Below, one piece after another: positions 15,248 through 27,880 of a stretch of DNA of 64,000 nt. Each line of letters starts with the position of its first letter. Positions within the stretch are counted from its first letter, which is position 1. The stretch is taken from NCBI GenBank assembly GCA_951406725.2, contig OX597823.1, positions 102,114,001 through 102,178,000 on the forward strand, written 5' to 3'. The stretch is from Octopus vulgaris (lineage: Eukaryota). A program made the translations under genes and the position numbers. The notes beneath the pieces were generated by a model, which did not search any database, had not been told where the DNA came from, and saw only the letters and a list, made by a program, of their open reading frames with translations.

Positions 15248-15865
15248 AGGCGGCGAGCTGGCAGAAACGTTAGCACACCGGGCGAAATGAGTAGCTGTAT
15301 TTCGTCTGCCGCTACGTTCTGAGTTCAAATTCCGCCGAGGTCCACTTTACCTTTCATCCTTTCGGGGTCGATAAATTAAGTAGCAGTTACGCACTGAGGT
15401 CGATATATATCGACTTAATCCGTCTGACTATCCTTGCTTGTCTCCTCTGTGTCCAGCCCCTTGTGGGTAGTAAAGAAATAGGTATTTCGTCTACCGCTAC
15501 GTTCTGAGTTCAAATTCCGCCAAGGTCGACTTTGCTTTTCATCCTTTCGGGGTGATTAAATAAGTACCAGTTACGCACTGGGGTTGATATAATTGACATA
15601 ATCCCTTTGTCTGTCCTTGTTTGTCCCCTCTATGTTTAGCCCTTTGTGGGCAATAAAGAAATAAGAAACGTTTGCACGCCGGGCGGAAATGCTTAGCGGC
15701 ATTTCGTCTGCCTTTACGTTCTGAGTTCAAATTCCACCGAGGTCGACTTTGCTTTTCATCCTTTTGAGGTCGATAAATTAAGTACCAGTTGCGTACTGGG
15801 ATTGATCTAATCGACTGGCCCCTCCCCTAAAAATTTCGGGCCTTGTTCCAAGAATAGAAAAGAAT
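15248..15865 (+). mobile_element. Tandem cluster of 3 partial/full tRNA-derived SINE copies (central domain cctttcatcctttcggggtcgataaa, Meta-SINE-like from memory)
   Basis: Motif ttctgagttcaaattccgccgaggtcgac recurs three times. Same family at 37800-38000 and many other loci. Confidence 0.8.
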
Positions 15866-16189
15866 ATTTTTCGTGCTATGTGTGTGTATGTGTGTGTGTG
15901 TGAGTGTGTAGCTTAGCTTCTTTACGTTTTTTTTTTTTTTTCATAATGATGAGGCCAAGTGCTGGTGCGGCCTTCCCTCCCATCTAGCCGGCGCACCTTC
16001 GATATTCCACTGGATAGGTGAGAGCCGAGTGTGCATCCATGTCTGCTTGCGATAACACAAGCAATCTTATCAATAGTGTTAATAATGCTTCACGTGGTTA
16101 AATAAATAATTAGATGAGCTCGGTGTGATGATATACAATAAAACACAGATTGACTGTTTATTAATGTGAACAATATTTCGACAAAGAAT

Positions 16190-16256
<67 letters not shown>

Positions 16257-16454
16257 ATCTATCTATCTATCTATCTATCTCTTTTCTTTTTGCTTTGTTA
16301 CGAACAAACGAAACTTGATGTCATTTTGTCTAGGGAGGAACGCGGGACAGTACAATTGAAATTTTGAATTTCTACATTCCTGTGTATTTTTCTGACAAGT
16401 AATGTTTATCGCTACATCTAGCTACTTTGTGCGTTTTTCACTTCTCAGTTTGAA

Positions 16455-16690
16455 CCTGAAGACCGTGGGACCTGTATGAATTTCCAGCCGAATGCACAAA
16501 ACATAACCTGATGTATGTTGGTTGCACAACAGAAAATTCAAATAAAAGTTTTAATAGGCTTATGTACGATGTCAAACATAATATCGCTACTTCGGCAAAA
16601 CTTGCTGAGCATTTTACATCAAACAATTTTGAATTTGACGAACACCTGAAAGTACTCAGAAAATACTCTGACACCACTGGACTTTCAGTC
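16455..16690 (+). pseudogene. Degenerate GIY-YIG endonuclease fragment of a Penelope-like retroelement
   Basis: Reads YEFPAECTKHNLMYVGCTTENSNKSFNRLMYDVKHN...KLAEHF...HLKV, resembling the Penelope VIY.x.C..C...YVG.T...L..R...H...LAEHF pattern. Confidence 0.6.
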
Positions 16691-17238
16691 CTCCAAACAC
16701 TTACATTTAAATATATTTCTTTATTGCCCACAAGGGGCTAAACATAAAGGGGACAAGCAAAGACAGACAAAGGGATTAAGTCGATTACATCGACCCCAGT
16801 GCGTAACTGGTACTTTATTTATTGACCCCGAAAGGATGAAAGTCAAATATATTAATTTAAATATACTAATGAGTTACTAGCGTCATGCCCCGGAGGAAGG
16901 AACAAAATGACAGAATTCCATCAGATTTATATAAAGCTCTTTCAGTAAGTGTTCTCTTTCTTTTTTTACTCTTTCCTATTTTCTTATTTCGTTCTTTCTT
17001 TTCCCCTTTCCCGTTTTCCTCTTTCATTCTTTTTCTTTTTCTTTTTAACCGATTACGGGCAAGTGAAACCTGGCATCTTTTTATCTAAGAAAGAACGTAG
17101 GATCGGTTGAAATTTTGAGTTTCTGCATTTTTTGCGTATTTTTCATTTTTCATTTTGAACCCGAAGCAGACCAACACAAAATAGTCTTAATCCTGCACTG
17201 GGATCTCTCTCTCTCTCTTCCTCCTCTCTCTCCTCCCC

Positions 17239-17272
<34 letters not shown>

Positions 17273-19275
17273 CCAGTCAGTTACGTTGCACTGTTTGTTA
17301 GGTCGCAGGGAACCGAAATGGAGAAGGATTGAGTGAGGGACTTGTAACTTCTTTTCATAGATAAACTGGTATGTTACTGAAACCGCCCAATGGCAGACTG
17401 ATATGAAATGAAGTACAGCACGGTGTGGTCATGAAGAATAGAACAAGAGAGCAAAACCTTCTTGAACAGCATTACTACAAAACGGAACGATTTACCAAAA
17501 GAGGTTTTCAAGAAAAAGGAAACGAATTATTTCAAGAGTAAGCTTTATGAAGATTGGAAGAATCCTTCCTTGAGCCATTAATTCCAAGTGGAGTCATGCG
17601 AGGATGGGGTTGTCGTAACACGGAAAATCTTGGGTATCCTTCCATCCTTCTCTTCTGCCCAGTATTCCGGGGAGGGGCGTAGAGGTAGAGTCCTCAGGCA
17701 CCTCATGCTTAGGGTCCAATAAAGAAGCAACCGTCATCAGACATTCCGGCTGGATTCCCAAGCATGACCAATTAAGACTATGGATAGCCTTGTTCTTAGT
17801 CTACCCCTTGGTCTCTTGCTTGTTAGTTTAGCTTCAATAATCACGGGTATTTAAAAGAAAGCAGAGCCCATCGTTCTCCAGGTCGATTTCTTTAAGAGGT
17901 AGGAGAAAATAACCGACCATAGTAGTGCTGCTATATTTATCGATCTAGAAAAGGCAAAGCTGACCTTAGCAGGATTTGTAAAACATTCTTCCAGGTCGTC
18001 ACCATATTGGAAGAATATTTAATTTTAAACACCATTCTTAAATCAAACCTAGAACAAGTACAATACCGATTTTGCAGACACTGGAACCACTTATAATCAG
18101 CAGTAATTCACGCGGCCGCCAGGTGATTATCATGGCGGCTTTGTTTCACACTACAGTATTAATAAATTTGTATTTCATTTAATTATTTAAGTAAAATTCT
18201 CTAGTTCGGAAAAATCAGTAATCTGGTAAGGATTTGTTTCTAAACATGACTGGTACTTCATTTTATCGATCCCGGAAGAATAAATAACAAGGCTCACATC
18301 ACCGGAGTAAAGAAAAATGAACGTTTTATTCAACTCGCTAACCATTGTGCCAATCCATTCTGCCACTAAGTATTTTGCCCGACGTGGTAACGATTCTGCC
18401 AGCTTGCCGCCTTGCCTTTGCCCTAGTAATATTACACCAATCCACTGTATGTGCGTAGCATAAGCAGTAGACAAATAACAATAACACACTGCTTCGTTGT
18501 TATTTATCTTCATTATATATCCTTCACAGTTAAATTCATTCACTATACTCTCTCCCACACTTAATCTCAATTATGTGCATTCTTAGAGCCACGCCATAGT
18601 TTGCAGAAGCTATTACTCAACAAAGAATTTTATGGAATGTGACAAGAATGTCAGCTAAATATTACACACAAACAGTTAACGAAATTTTCCTCCAGTTATC
18701 CGATCAGCTTTATTATACATTAGTTGGCAGACATCTGGAACATTACACGTGCCTTCGGTGTACAGAGCTGTTCAACATGACATGTAATCTGTTATTTTTA
18801 CCGTTGCTGTGATTGCTGATGTTGTAATCATTGTTAAGCCCCTAGTCAGCCCCTACGATAAAAAGCGATCCGATCGAGACCATCGTGTCAATTTGGAATT
18901 TGGTAGGACGGAACATTATCCAATGTGCCCATCGATTTTCCATGATGGTGGGATATGATATGATGAAATTTGGCAGCTATTTCTAGCAGTTTGAGCGACC
19001 ATTTTTCTTGCACAACCATCCTTAAAATTATATCTTCTAGATGAATCTATTAATCCACTTCTTACAATTAAAGGACACCAATGATATTGAAGATATGAAT
19101 ACTCAGATTTCATAGATATTGAATTTGATTCATATATAATTCCTTTAGAAACAGATCATCATCTAATTAATCCCAATAAAAACAAACACTCGAATAATTA
19201 TTTCATCCGCAGATGTTATTCACTCCTGAACTGTCCCCTCTTTAGGAGTTGAAGTAGATGCCATTCCATGTAGAG

Positions 19276-19615
19276 CAGTAGTTCTCAACCGGGGTTCATA
19301 TAAGACTTTTGGGGGTCCACACGAGCAAAATAGTAAATTGAGGGTCCACAGTATTTCAAGGGTTCACGAAAAACTTTTGCTTCAGATGTTTCCAGGTTTC
19401 TTCCTCTAACGTTCTACGCAGTTAAACATGTTCCCAGCCACTGAAACATGTTCTCTCTGAGAGTGCTGCATACCTATACAAGTGAACATGTGAAAAACAA
19501 AATAGGGATTTTGAAAGAAAACTAGCTTGTAAATTGGAATGGCTACGGCGGTCCACCAGAGTGAAATAGTAATCAACGTGATCCCAAGGTAAAAAAAAAT
19601 GGTTGAGAACCCCTG
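19276..19615. mobile_element. hAT (Charlie-like) MITE
   Basis: TIRs cagtagttctcaacc / ggttgagaacccctg. No clear TSD. Confidence 0.65.
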
Positions 19616-19739
19616 GGGTTCTCCCTATTATTGTCGGCTCCCTATTATTTGTGTAATGATGGTTGTTGTATTTTTGTCATTGTTATTATAACTGTTGCAG
19701 CTATTGTTGTTTTCTTGTTAAATTTGCCCAAATAATTTC

Positions 19740-20030
19740 GATTTCAAATTTTAGCACAAGGCCAACAAGCTTGGTGGAGGAAGTAAGACGATTTTATTCT
19801 TTATTGCTCACAAGGTGCTAAACATAGAGGGGACAAACAAGGACAGACAAAGTGATTAAGTCGATTACATCGACCCCAGTGCTCAACTGGTACTTATTTT
19901 AACGACCCTGAGAAAGATGAAAGGCAAAGTCGACCTCGATGGAATTTGAACTCAGAACGTAAAGACTGACGAAATGCCACTAAGAATTTTGCCCAACGTG
20001 GTAACGATTCTGCCAGCTCGCTGCTTTGCC
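19740..20030 (-). mobile_element. SINE copy (family of 15248/37800)
   Basis: Reverse complement of the ggcgagctggcagaa...ctgagttcaaattcc...gtaccag consensus. Similar copies at 18240-18415, 23330-23535, 24255-24455, 31960-32110 and 37425-37620. Confidence 0.75.
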
Positions 20031-20159
20031 CTTGCCCTAATAATATTACACCGTTGTTGTTGTTGTTGCTGCTGCTGTGACTATTATTGTTTCTATTTGC
20101 TGTTTCCTCCCTCACAGAAGCTGGTCGCCGTCGTCGTCGTCGCTGCCACCATCGTCATC

Positions 20160-20193
<34 letters not shown>

Positions 20194-21157
20194 CGTTTTT
20201 GCATCTTCTCGCTCCAATGAATTTACTGAATGAAAAATTTCCCTTTTCGGATTATTTTCCAGCGGGAGACTTTACGCGAGTGTAGTTTACATCATTACTC
20301 TGGCAGACCAAAAAAAAAAAATAGGTGTTTATTTTTAAACGTATTGCAATTTTATTTTCGTGCTTAAATTTCTTTTCAATGTGACTAGTGGTCGTGCTAA
20401 GGCCGCCGGGAACACCCTCAAGAAAACTAATTTTGAACGTAACCACACAGAGTGTAAGCAAGCGATAAGAAAACAAACGAAACAGGCAGACAGATAGGCC
20501 TCGTCAAAAGAAATACTGAGGCTTTGCCAAATTTAAAAAAAAAACTACTGGAGGAAATTGTGACCGATATGTGAAAAGATGTGGCTTCCCACGATCGAAG
20601 TACTTCTGGTTTTCATGACCAAGGATGAGATTGAGAGACAGGCTAAGTTGGTGAGCCTCACCCTTACTCACAAGTTTACCCCCACAATATATGGATGAGT
20701 GGAATACAAAAGCTACAGATAAGGGCATTTCTAATTACTTTAACCCTTGGTTTCTCGCCATCCTTGTGATGTTGTGTTGTGATAACCAGGAACAATGTGG
20801 TCGGGTGGATTCGATTTCTATTTCATTACTTTCATTTCTATTAGACTGGTATTTCCCCTTAAACAAAACATAACGTCACTCTATCCTAATTTTGTTCGGT
20901 AATAGAGGTGAGAGATTTTGTCTCTAATAAAGCGAATGCAATGTTATATATAGAGGGACTATTGATGCGTGTCCAGGGGTTGTTCGGTCGGTGGAAAATA
21001 CTAATTAATTTCTTAAACAGAAAAAAAATAATAACACCATCAGTCAAGCGGTTACTGGTGTTTTTAACAATGGTAGGAATGTTCGGCAAAAGGAATGTTC
21101 GCCATAGAAACGAATGGATCGGAAAATATATGTACACACATACAAGCACGCGCGCGC

Positions 21158-21200
<43 letters not shown>

Positions 21201-22399
21201 TGTATTGTATGGGTCTGCTTTTGTGTAGATACCAAAATATGCGTGCGTATGATCGCGTATCATTGTGAATTATGTGCAGACATACACGCATATAAGTAAT
21301 TAAGCATTTATGTCCAGTAACAAATAACTGTACTTACATACATATAGAGATAGAAAAATACATACATATGTATAGACATACATATACATACACATATACA
21401 TATGTGTATATATGCATACATGCTTGCATATATATGCATGCGTACATCCAGCCAGCCAGCCAGTCATACATACAGACATACATACATACATACATACATA
21501 CATACATACATACATACATACATACATACATACATACATACATACATACATACATACATACATACATACATACATACATACATACATACATACATACATA
21601 CATACATACATACATACGTACGTATGTATGCCAATCTATAATACTTTTGAGACGTATAAGCATATCTTTTGCTCGCCCGCGCTCGTACACACTCACACAT
21701 ACGAATGTGTATTACAATATTTGTAAATTGATCTACAGACTAACGCTGTTGCTATACAACTAAATTATTGATTGTACATCTTCGGTTGATGGTATTTAAT
21801 AACCTAAATGTGTTCGAGCAAAAGGCCAGGCCTAGTTATTTGCATTCGCTAAAGAATGGCCAGCGATTCGATAATTTCATTTTACCGCTCTTACACAAAC
21901 CGATGAAGAAGCCACTTTATGTGGTCGCTAGAAATAGCGGTCAAACTGCACCTGAATCACACCATGAGCTATCAGGTTGATGAATGACTCCTACTGACTA
22001 ACATAACATTCATTTTGAGCTTGTGATCGAAGTCTCCTATCAGTTTCATGTGTCAGTATAAAGTGTTAATTGTATTGGACCAGTGGGAAACTGTATTGGC
22101 TGCAGTCAACTGATGCGATCAGAAATGGCGTTTGTCAGCTTGAGTCAGTTTTGGTTTGGAATTCGTTGAAGATATCACCATATACCTGGCCGTTGCCTTT
22201 CTTCGGATATTTGTTGCAAGACTCCATCTTGTCAACTATAAGCAATTCTGATAATGTGAGTGAGAGACAAAGAGAGAGAAGGAGGGAGGGAGGTTAAGGA
22301 GGAAAGGAGAGAGAAAGAATAAGAAAGAAAACTAGGTTCGTGAGGATTTAACAACTTTGAAACTATAAAGGCCAAGTGAACAACAGTGGGATTTCAGAG

Positions 22400-22712
22400 C
22401 CAAGACATTATTTACATTTGACGGATATTTGACTGGCATATGGCGTGGTGGTTAAGAGCGCGGGCTACTAACCCTAAGATTCCGAGTTCGATTGCAGGCA
22501 GTGACCTTAATAATAATAATAATAATAACATCGAAAAATACCTTAGATATGAGAACCCAGGTTCGAAATTTCCCCAAGATACCTGATGAAGGCTGGAGGG
22601 TATATCAGCCGAAACGTTGTGTTAACCACAAATAAGATGAGGGCAAATATCCGTCAAACGTAAATAATGTACATAATTCCTCATCTCTTAAATATAGAGA
22701 TCCAAGACGTTA
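22400..22712 (+). mobile_element. tRNA-headed non-autonomous element with a hammerhead-bearing, Penelope-like tail and an inverted terminal segment
   Basis: tRNA-like head at 22435-22506, hammerhead at 22578-22623, 27-bp inverted repeat 22405-22431/22644-22670, and an 11-bp direct repeat ccaagacRtta at 22400-22410/22702-22712. Confidence 0.7.
22578..22623 (+). ncRNA. Minimal type-I hammerhead ribozyme motif
   Basis: GATAC-CTGATGA-A-GGCTG-(10 nt)-CAGCC-GAAAC-GTT|GTGTT. Stem I has two GU pairs; stem III is the palindrome AACGTT. Confidence 0.68.
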
Positions 22713-23544
22713 GTGATATTGGCAAAAAAAATATATTTTTGCTGTCTTTACTGTTGTTATTGTCTGTTGTCATTGTTGCTTCTGTTGTTGCTTTTTATCG
22801 GGATTTGGGTCGTTCCTGCTAATACAGTTTGTTGCAGCAATGTACGTTTTTGATTCGTGCTGGTGATTTTGCGAGCTTTTTTGCTTGACATGTCATTGTT
22901 CATGCTATTGCAACTACTGCTGTTATAGTTGTTGTTGTTGTTTTTACTGTTTTTGTTGCTACTGATGCTGCTGCTACTGTTTTAAATTACTATTACTGTT
23001 GAAGTACTGTGTGATAGGAAATTACTGTGAAAGACTATTTAATCTTCAGAACCTCCTCCTGCTTTTTCTTTCTTGCTGATTGGACAAGTAAGACGACACA
23101 CATTTTGAAAATTTTCCATGTTTTGAAATACCACAGATTTCTTTTAAAATTTTACCTTGTAGGACGAATAACGAAAACGGGTAATTAGTACCTTAAGGTT
23201 CTAGTTAGCTAAAACAAAAAAAAATCAACAAAAACAGACTTCTAGGAAGAAAAACAAGGTACAGGTTCACGGTGCTTCCAAAACACGTTCAGCTTCGGTG
23301 ATGAACAACAACAGCAATAATAATTTTTCTACTATAGGCACAAGGCCTGGAATCCTGAAGAAAGTGGGTTGCCGATTACATCGAACCCAGTACTTAACTG
23401 GTACTTATTTTATCGACACCGAAAGAATGAAAAGCGAAGTCGACCTCGGTGGAATTTGAACTTAAAATGTAAATCCCGAAGAATGCCGCTAAACATTTTT
23501 TCTGACGCACTAACGATTCTGTCAGCTCACCGTCTTAATAAAAA

Positions 23545-23618
23545 TAATGATGATGATAAAGATGATGATGATCATGATGATGATGATGATAAAGATGATG
23601 ATGGTCATGATGATGATC

Positions 23619-23649
<31 letters not shown>

Positions 23650-23703
23650 TCATCATCATCATTATCATCATCATCATCATCATTATAATAATCATCATCA
23701 TCA
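23545..23703. repeat. (GAT)n/(CAT)n microsatellite
   Basis: Direct inspection. Confidence 0.95.
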
Positions 23704-23711
23704 TAGTGATA

Positions 23712-24245
23712 TACAGTACCAGGCAGTGGCTCTCATGACTTCTGATCTTAACTGATTGGAAGTGTTATCATGTACATTGTTTTGTTTTGGCTTAAAAGAT
23801 GGGCGACAGCAAATATTCTGCTCAATACCACAGATTTGCTTGTCAGTTGCTTGACCTTAACCATTTGAGCATTCCCTTGATGGTTGACAATATGTGCATT
23901 TCTGATCACGAGCAAAAGTAGTGGGGGAGCATCATAGCTATGTGTTGAGAGGAATTCCTTGGGGTTTGGATAATTCACCTCTGGAGACATGGGTGTTTCG
24001 TTCATTATCCTTAAACAAACCTTATTCAGGGACCTTTTAAGCAGGATGAGCTACTCAAAGTGATGAAAATTCTAACTGGGCCCCATCTGCAAGGTCATAC
24101 GCAGTTTATCTTGATATGATAAACATGTCATGCGTATATGATTGTGATGCATGTGACTGGTGTACCCTTATTTGACGGGGCTTCGTATATTTTACCCCAA
24201 TGTCACTTTGATGGCATGCACTGCTCTCTCATTGAATAATAATAA
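23712..24245 (+). mobile_element. Probable LINE 3' end/3' UTR with (AAT)n tail
   Basis: Higher-complexity block between (CAT)n and (AAT)n tracts, recognised from memory as a common octopus repeat. No second copy in the window. Confidence 0.4.
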
Positions 24246-25016
24246 TGATGATGCTTTCAAATTTTGGCTGAAGGCCAGCAATTTTGAAGGGAATGGTTAA
24301 CTCGATGTCGTCAACTTCAGTATTTGACTGATACTTAATTTTATCGACCCCAGAGGGACAAAAGGCAAACTTAACACCGGTGGGCTTTGAACTCAGTATG
24401 TAAAGAGCCGGAACAAATGTTGAAAGTATTTTGTCTGATACTCTTATAATTCTGTAAATCAGATAGAAACTGCGGCATAAACGGAGAATGCTGGTGTCTA
24501 AATATAGACTAAGAAGATAAAGAAGTTGTCCACGGTACATTCAGCATAGTTTTAAGTTTTCACAGAAAAACAGCTGTAATGAAAGCAGTTTTAAAAAAAT
24601 CCGGTTTTGACCACCCACGCCGTAAATAGCAACAAAGAAAGAAACAGCCATAGAGTCTTTTTAGGCGTAGCAGAGTTTTGGATAAGTGGAGTTTCGTATA
24701 TACTGATGTATATCATATCCTGATGTATATCATATATACATATATATCTACGTATATCTTGATCTGATTATAGATGATGATAATGATGATGGTGATGGTG
24801 GTGGTGAGGAGGAGGAGAACGACAAGGAGAAGAAGGACGGGGAGGAAGACGACGACGACGAGAAGGAGGAGGACGGGGAGGAGCAGAACGAGGAGGAGAA
24901 GGACGGGGAGGAGCGGGAGGAAGAGGCAGAAGAGGACAATGATAAAACGTCGATGAAGCAATGTTTAAACGTCATGTCCGAATTAAGCTAAAAGCAGACT
25001 TGAAAATTTGTATTTA

Positions 25017-25248
25017 TACGAGTGGGTACTGAAAAGTTCCTGGCTTTAAGGGTGTTGCGAAAGGCCTGGCTGGTGGTCCAACCTTCCAATTACTTTTACA
25101 GGGCTAAGAAAAACTTATGGACCACTGCAATGAGATTGTGAATCTGAGAGGAGAATATGTTGAATAAAATATAAAATCATAGTCAACTGATTGTCCTCCT
25201 GTATTTTCTTTTACCCAAAGCCAGGAACTCTTGCAGCACAACCTCGTA
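25017..25248. mobile_element. mariner-type MITE
   Basis: TA-flanked TIRs tacgag...aaagttcctggcttt / aaagccaggaact...ctcgta. Confidence 0.75.
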
Positions 25249-27778
25249 CGTAATACTAAGGAAACCACTTTAGAAGTAATTAATACAAGCAATTAAATTC
25301 TTAAGCCTGTAAACCCCCACACGTGTTGGCGGTCCGTCGCGGGCAATACTTTTAAGGAGTGGCAATTTTGGGTCTCCTAGGGCAGTGGCAGAAAACTCAA
25401 GGACTATCCTGGGAGAAACATATTCTTGCTAGACCACTGATAAGAAAGAAAAAGAGATATTTGACATTTAACTAGTTGTCCTATTTTATTTGTTACTTGC
25501 AGCTAGTTTGACCAGAATGTTCAAAATCGAATACGTATTAAAAAAAAAAAAAGGAAGAACAAAAGTTTTATATTATTCGAGTCAGAAACGCCAATCTCGA
25601 CATTTAATTACCTCAAAGTTCACAGAGTAGAAAAATAAATTAAGTTTACCGTGAGAAAGAAGACAGATCTAACGTTTCACGCAGAGCCTATCTTTTTCCA
25701 ATGAAGGGTCACGGCACGAAATGTTAGGTTTCTTTTGTTCCACACAGAAAATAATTTAGTATTTTAATTCTGTAGATATTTGTTATTTACTGTTTGTCGA
25801 CACAGACCGCTATCAGTTTCATCTGAATCTACATTTCCACTTTAATATTTAAATATATTGATTACTTCAGGCTACACTAACTGAGAACACACACATATGT
25901 ATCTAATCGACGGAACCAGTGTCCTAGCGGATGGAGGAAAGTATTGATTTCATCTAAATTTCGCTGTTGTCCAGAATATGATGTGAGTTCTTCCCTCCTT
26001 CCGTTTATGGACATTTTCAATAGTTCTCCGCTAACGAAAATTCAATTTGTTTAATTACTCAATAGGACGTAATATTTTCGTAATCACGAAGGGAAGAGAT
26101 GTGATATTGTGTGATGTTGGTGGTTTGCTAAAAGGCATTGGTGGTGTGAGTTAAAACCAAGAACCGAAACCGTGTTGTGTCGTCAGCATTCATCAGATCA
26201 ATATGTTGGGTGGGAGGGGTTATTTTTTTTTTAATAGACGCAAAGAAAGAAGGAAGGAAGGAAGGAACAGAAAATGTTTTTAGATATATATGGAGATGTA
26301 GACTGAAAGACCGATATACTTCAATGTTGTGGCAGCTGGGTGGGGGGTAAGGTGAAGAACCAACAAAGATGGCGGAATAATTTATTGCGGAAAGAAATAA
26401 GAAAATAAATAAAAATGTAAAGCAAAGGCAAATATTTGCCAGGAATAACAACAAAAGAAATAACTTGAATGGTCGACATGGAAATGGCGGTGGGGTTGTT
26501 CGCCTAGAAACGCTGTATATATATATTTCTTACACAAAACGTGCGTAGGAGTGATAAGCTAATATCAACAGTGCAGAAACTGATCACACCCAAGCTGCTC
26601 ATTAACATAATATTCATATCACCATGGTCACCGAAACTCCGCGGTATTACATTACTTCTTTTATTCTGCCAGCTTTGTTGTTTCGTTGTTAGGTTCAGAC
26701 GGTTAACGTTCGCTTTCTGTGTAGTCTTGTAATGTAATTTTATACGTAATCTTGTACTCGGTTACATTACTTCCGCAAGTAGTCTTCCGAGTAAGTCAAT
26801 CAGTAAGTAAGTAAATGGATCACGTAGGTTTCCATGCGGAATCAGTTGTTCGATCAACTAAATTATCTGCTCCTTAAATTAGTCTACATGTGGCTGAGTA
26901 TTCCACAGACAAGTGTACATTTAATGTAATGTATAACTTATCTATGGAATAGTGTATCACACTGTATCAGCGTGATACAGTGTGTTACAAGGTAGTAGAT
27001 TTGAATTTGTGTCTATAATCCATCTAGTCGGTGGACTTCCGTACAATTTCCATCAACTTGATTTCGATCACAAGGCTTCGACTGACCCGGGGTATTAGTA
27101 AAAGTCACTGGCTCCATATTCCATGGAATTGGATTGAACCAGAGGCCTAGTGTTTGTGAAGCAAAGTTCTTAGCCATTCGACCATGCTGCGTCCACACGT
27201 AGTTCTGTAGGTGGATGTTAATGACTGAAGTGTAATCACATGATGTCAGTCGATCGATAAGCAGAGTGGTTAGGGTGCCGGGTTGACTACGTTGCGACAT
27301 TTGTTACTGCTCTGCATTTTCTGAGTTCGAAACCCGCTAAAGACAACTTTGCTGTTCATCTTATCAGAATGTCGATAAATAAAATACCAACATACCAGTT
27401 CAGTGTTGGAGCAGAGTCATCTCTCACACACACTCTGTTTCTACTTCTCTCTCTATCTCTATCTCTCTCTCTCTCTCCCTCTCTCTCTTTCTCTTCCCTT
27501 CTCCCTTTCCCTCTCCCTCCTGTGGCTACATTAGGACCTAAAACAATTAGCAAAAGTACGGTACATGGTGTTACTTCCTTGTAGTGACAACCTGTAGTTA
27601 GTTCTAAACGTAGTTTTGTACATTGACATTAACCACCCAATTGATAACACGTTGTTAATCTTGTACGTTGACATCAGCGACCAATATAATTATAAGTATC
27701 GGTCTTGTAAATATATTGGGTCGCTGATACAACAATGAAAACCATACAGCTATCTTTCTACTGAGATAGAGAGAAAGT

Positions 27779-27810
<32 letters not shown>

Positions 27811-27818
27811 TAGATAGC

Positions 27819-27880
<62 letters not shown>

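Noticed and set aside
15945-16060. GC-richer island with a plus-strand gtgaga donor-like site
   Set aside because: No supporting ORF or acceptor; evidence insufficient.
22435-22506. Functional tRNA gene
   Set aside because: Acceptor and T stems pair poorly and it is embedded in a repeat; treated as a SINE head.
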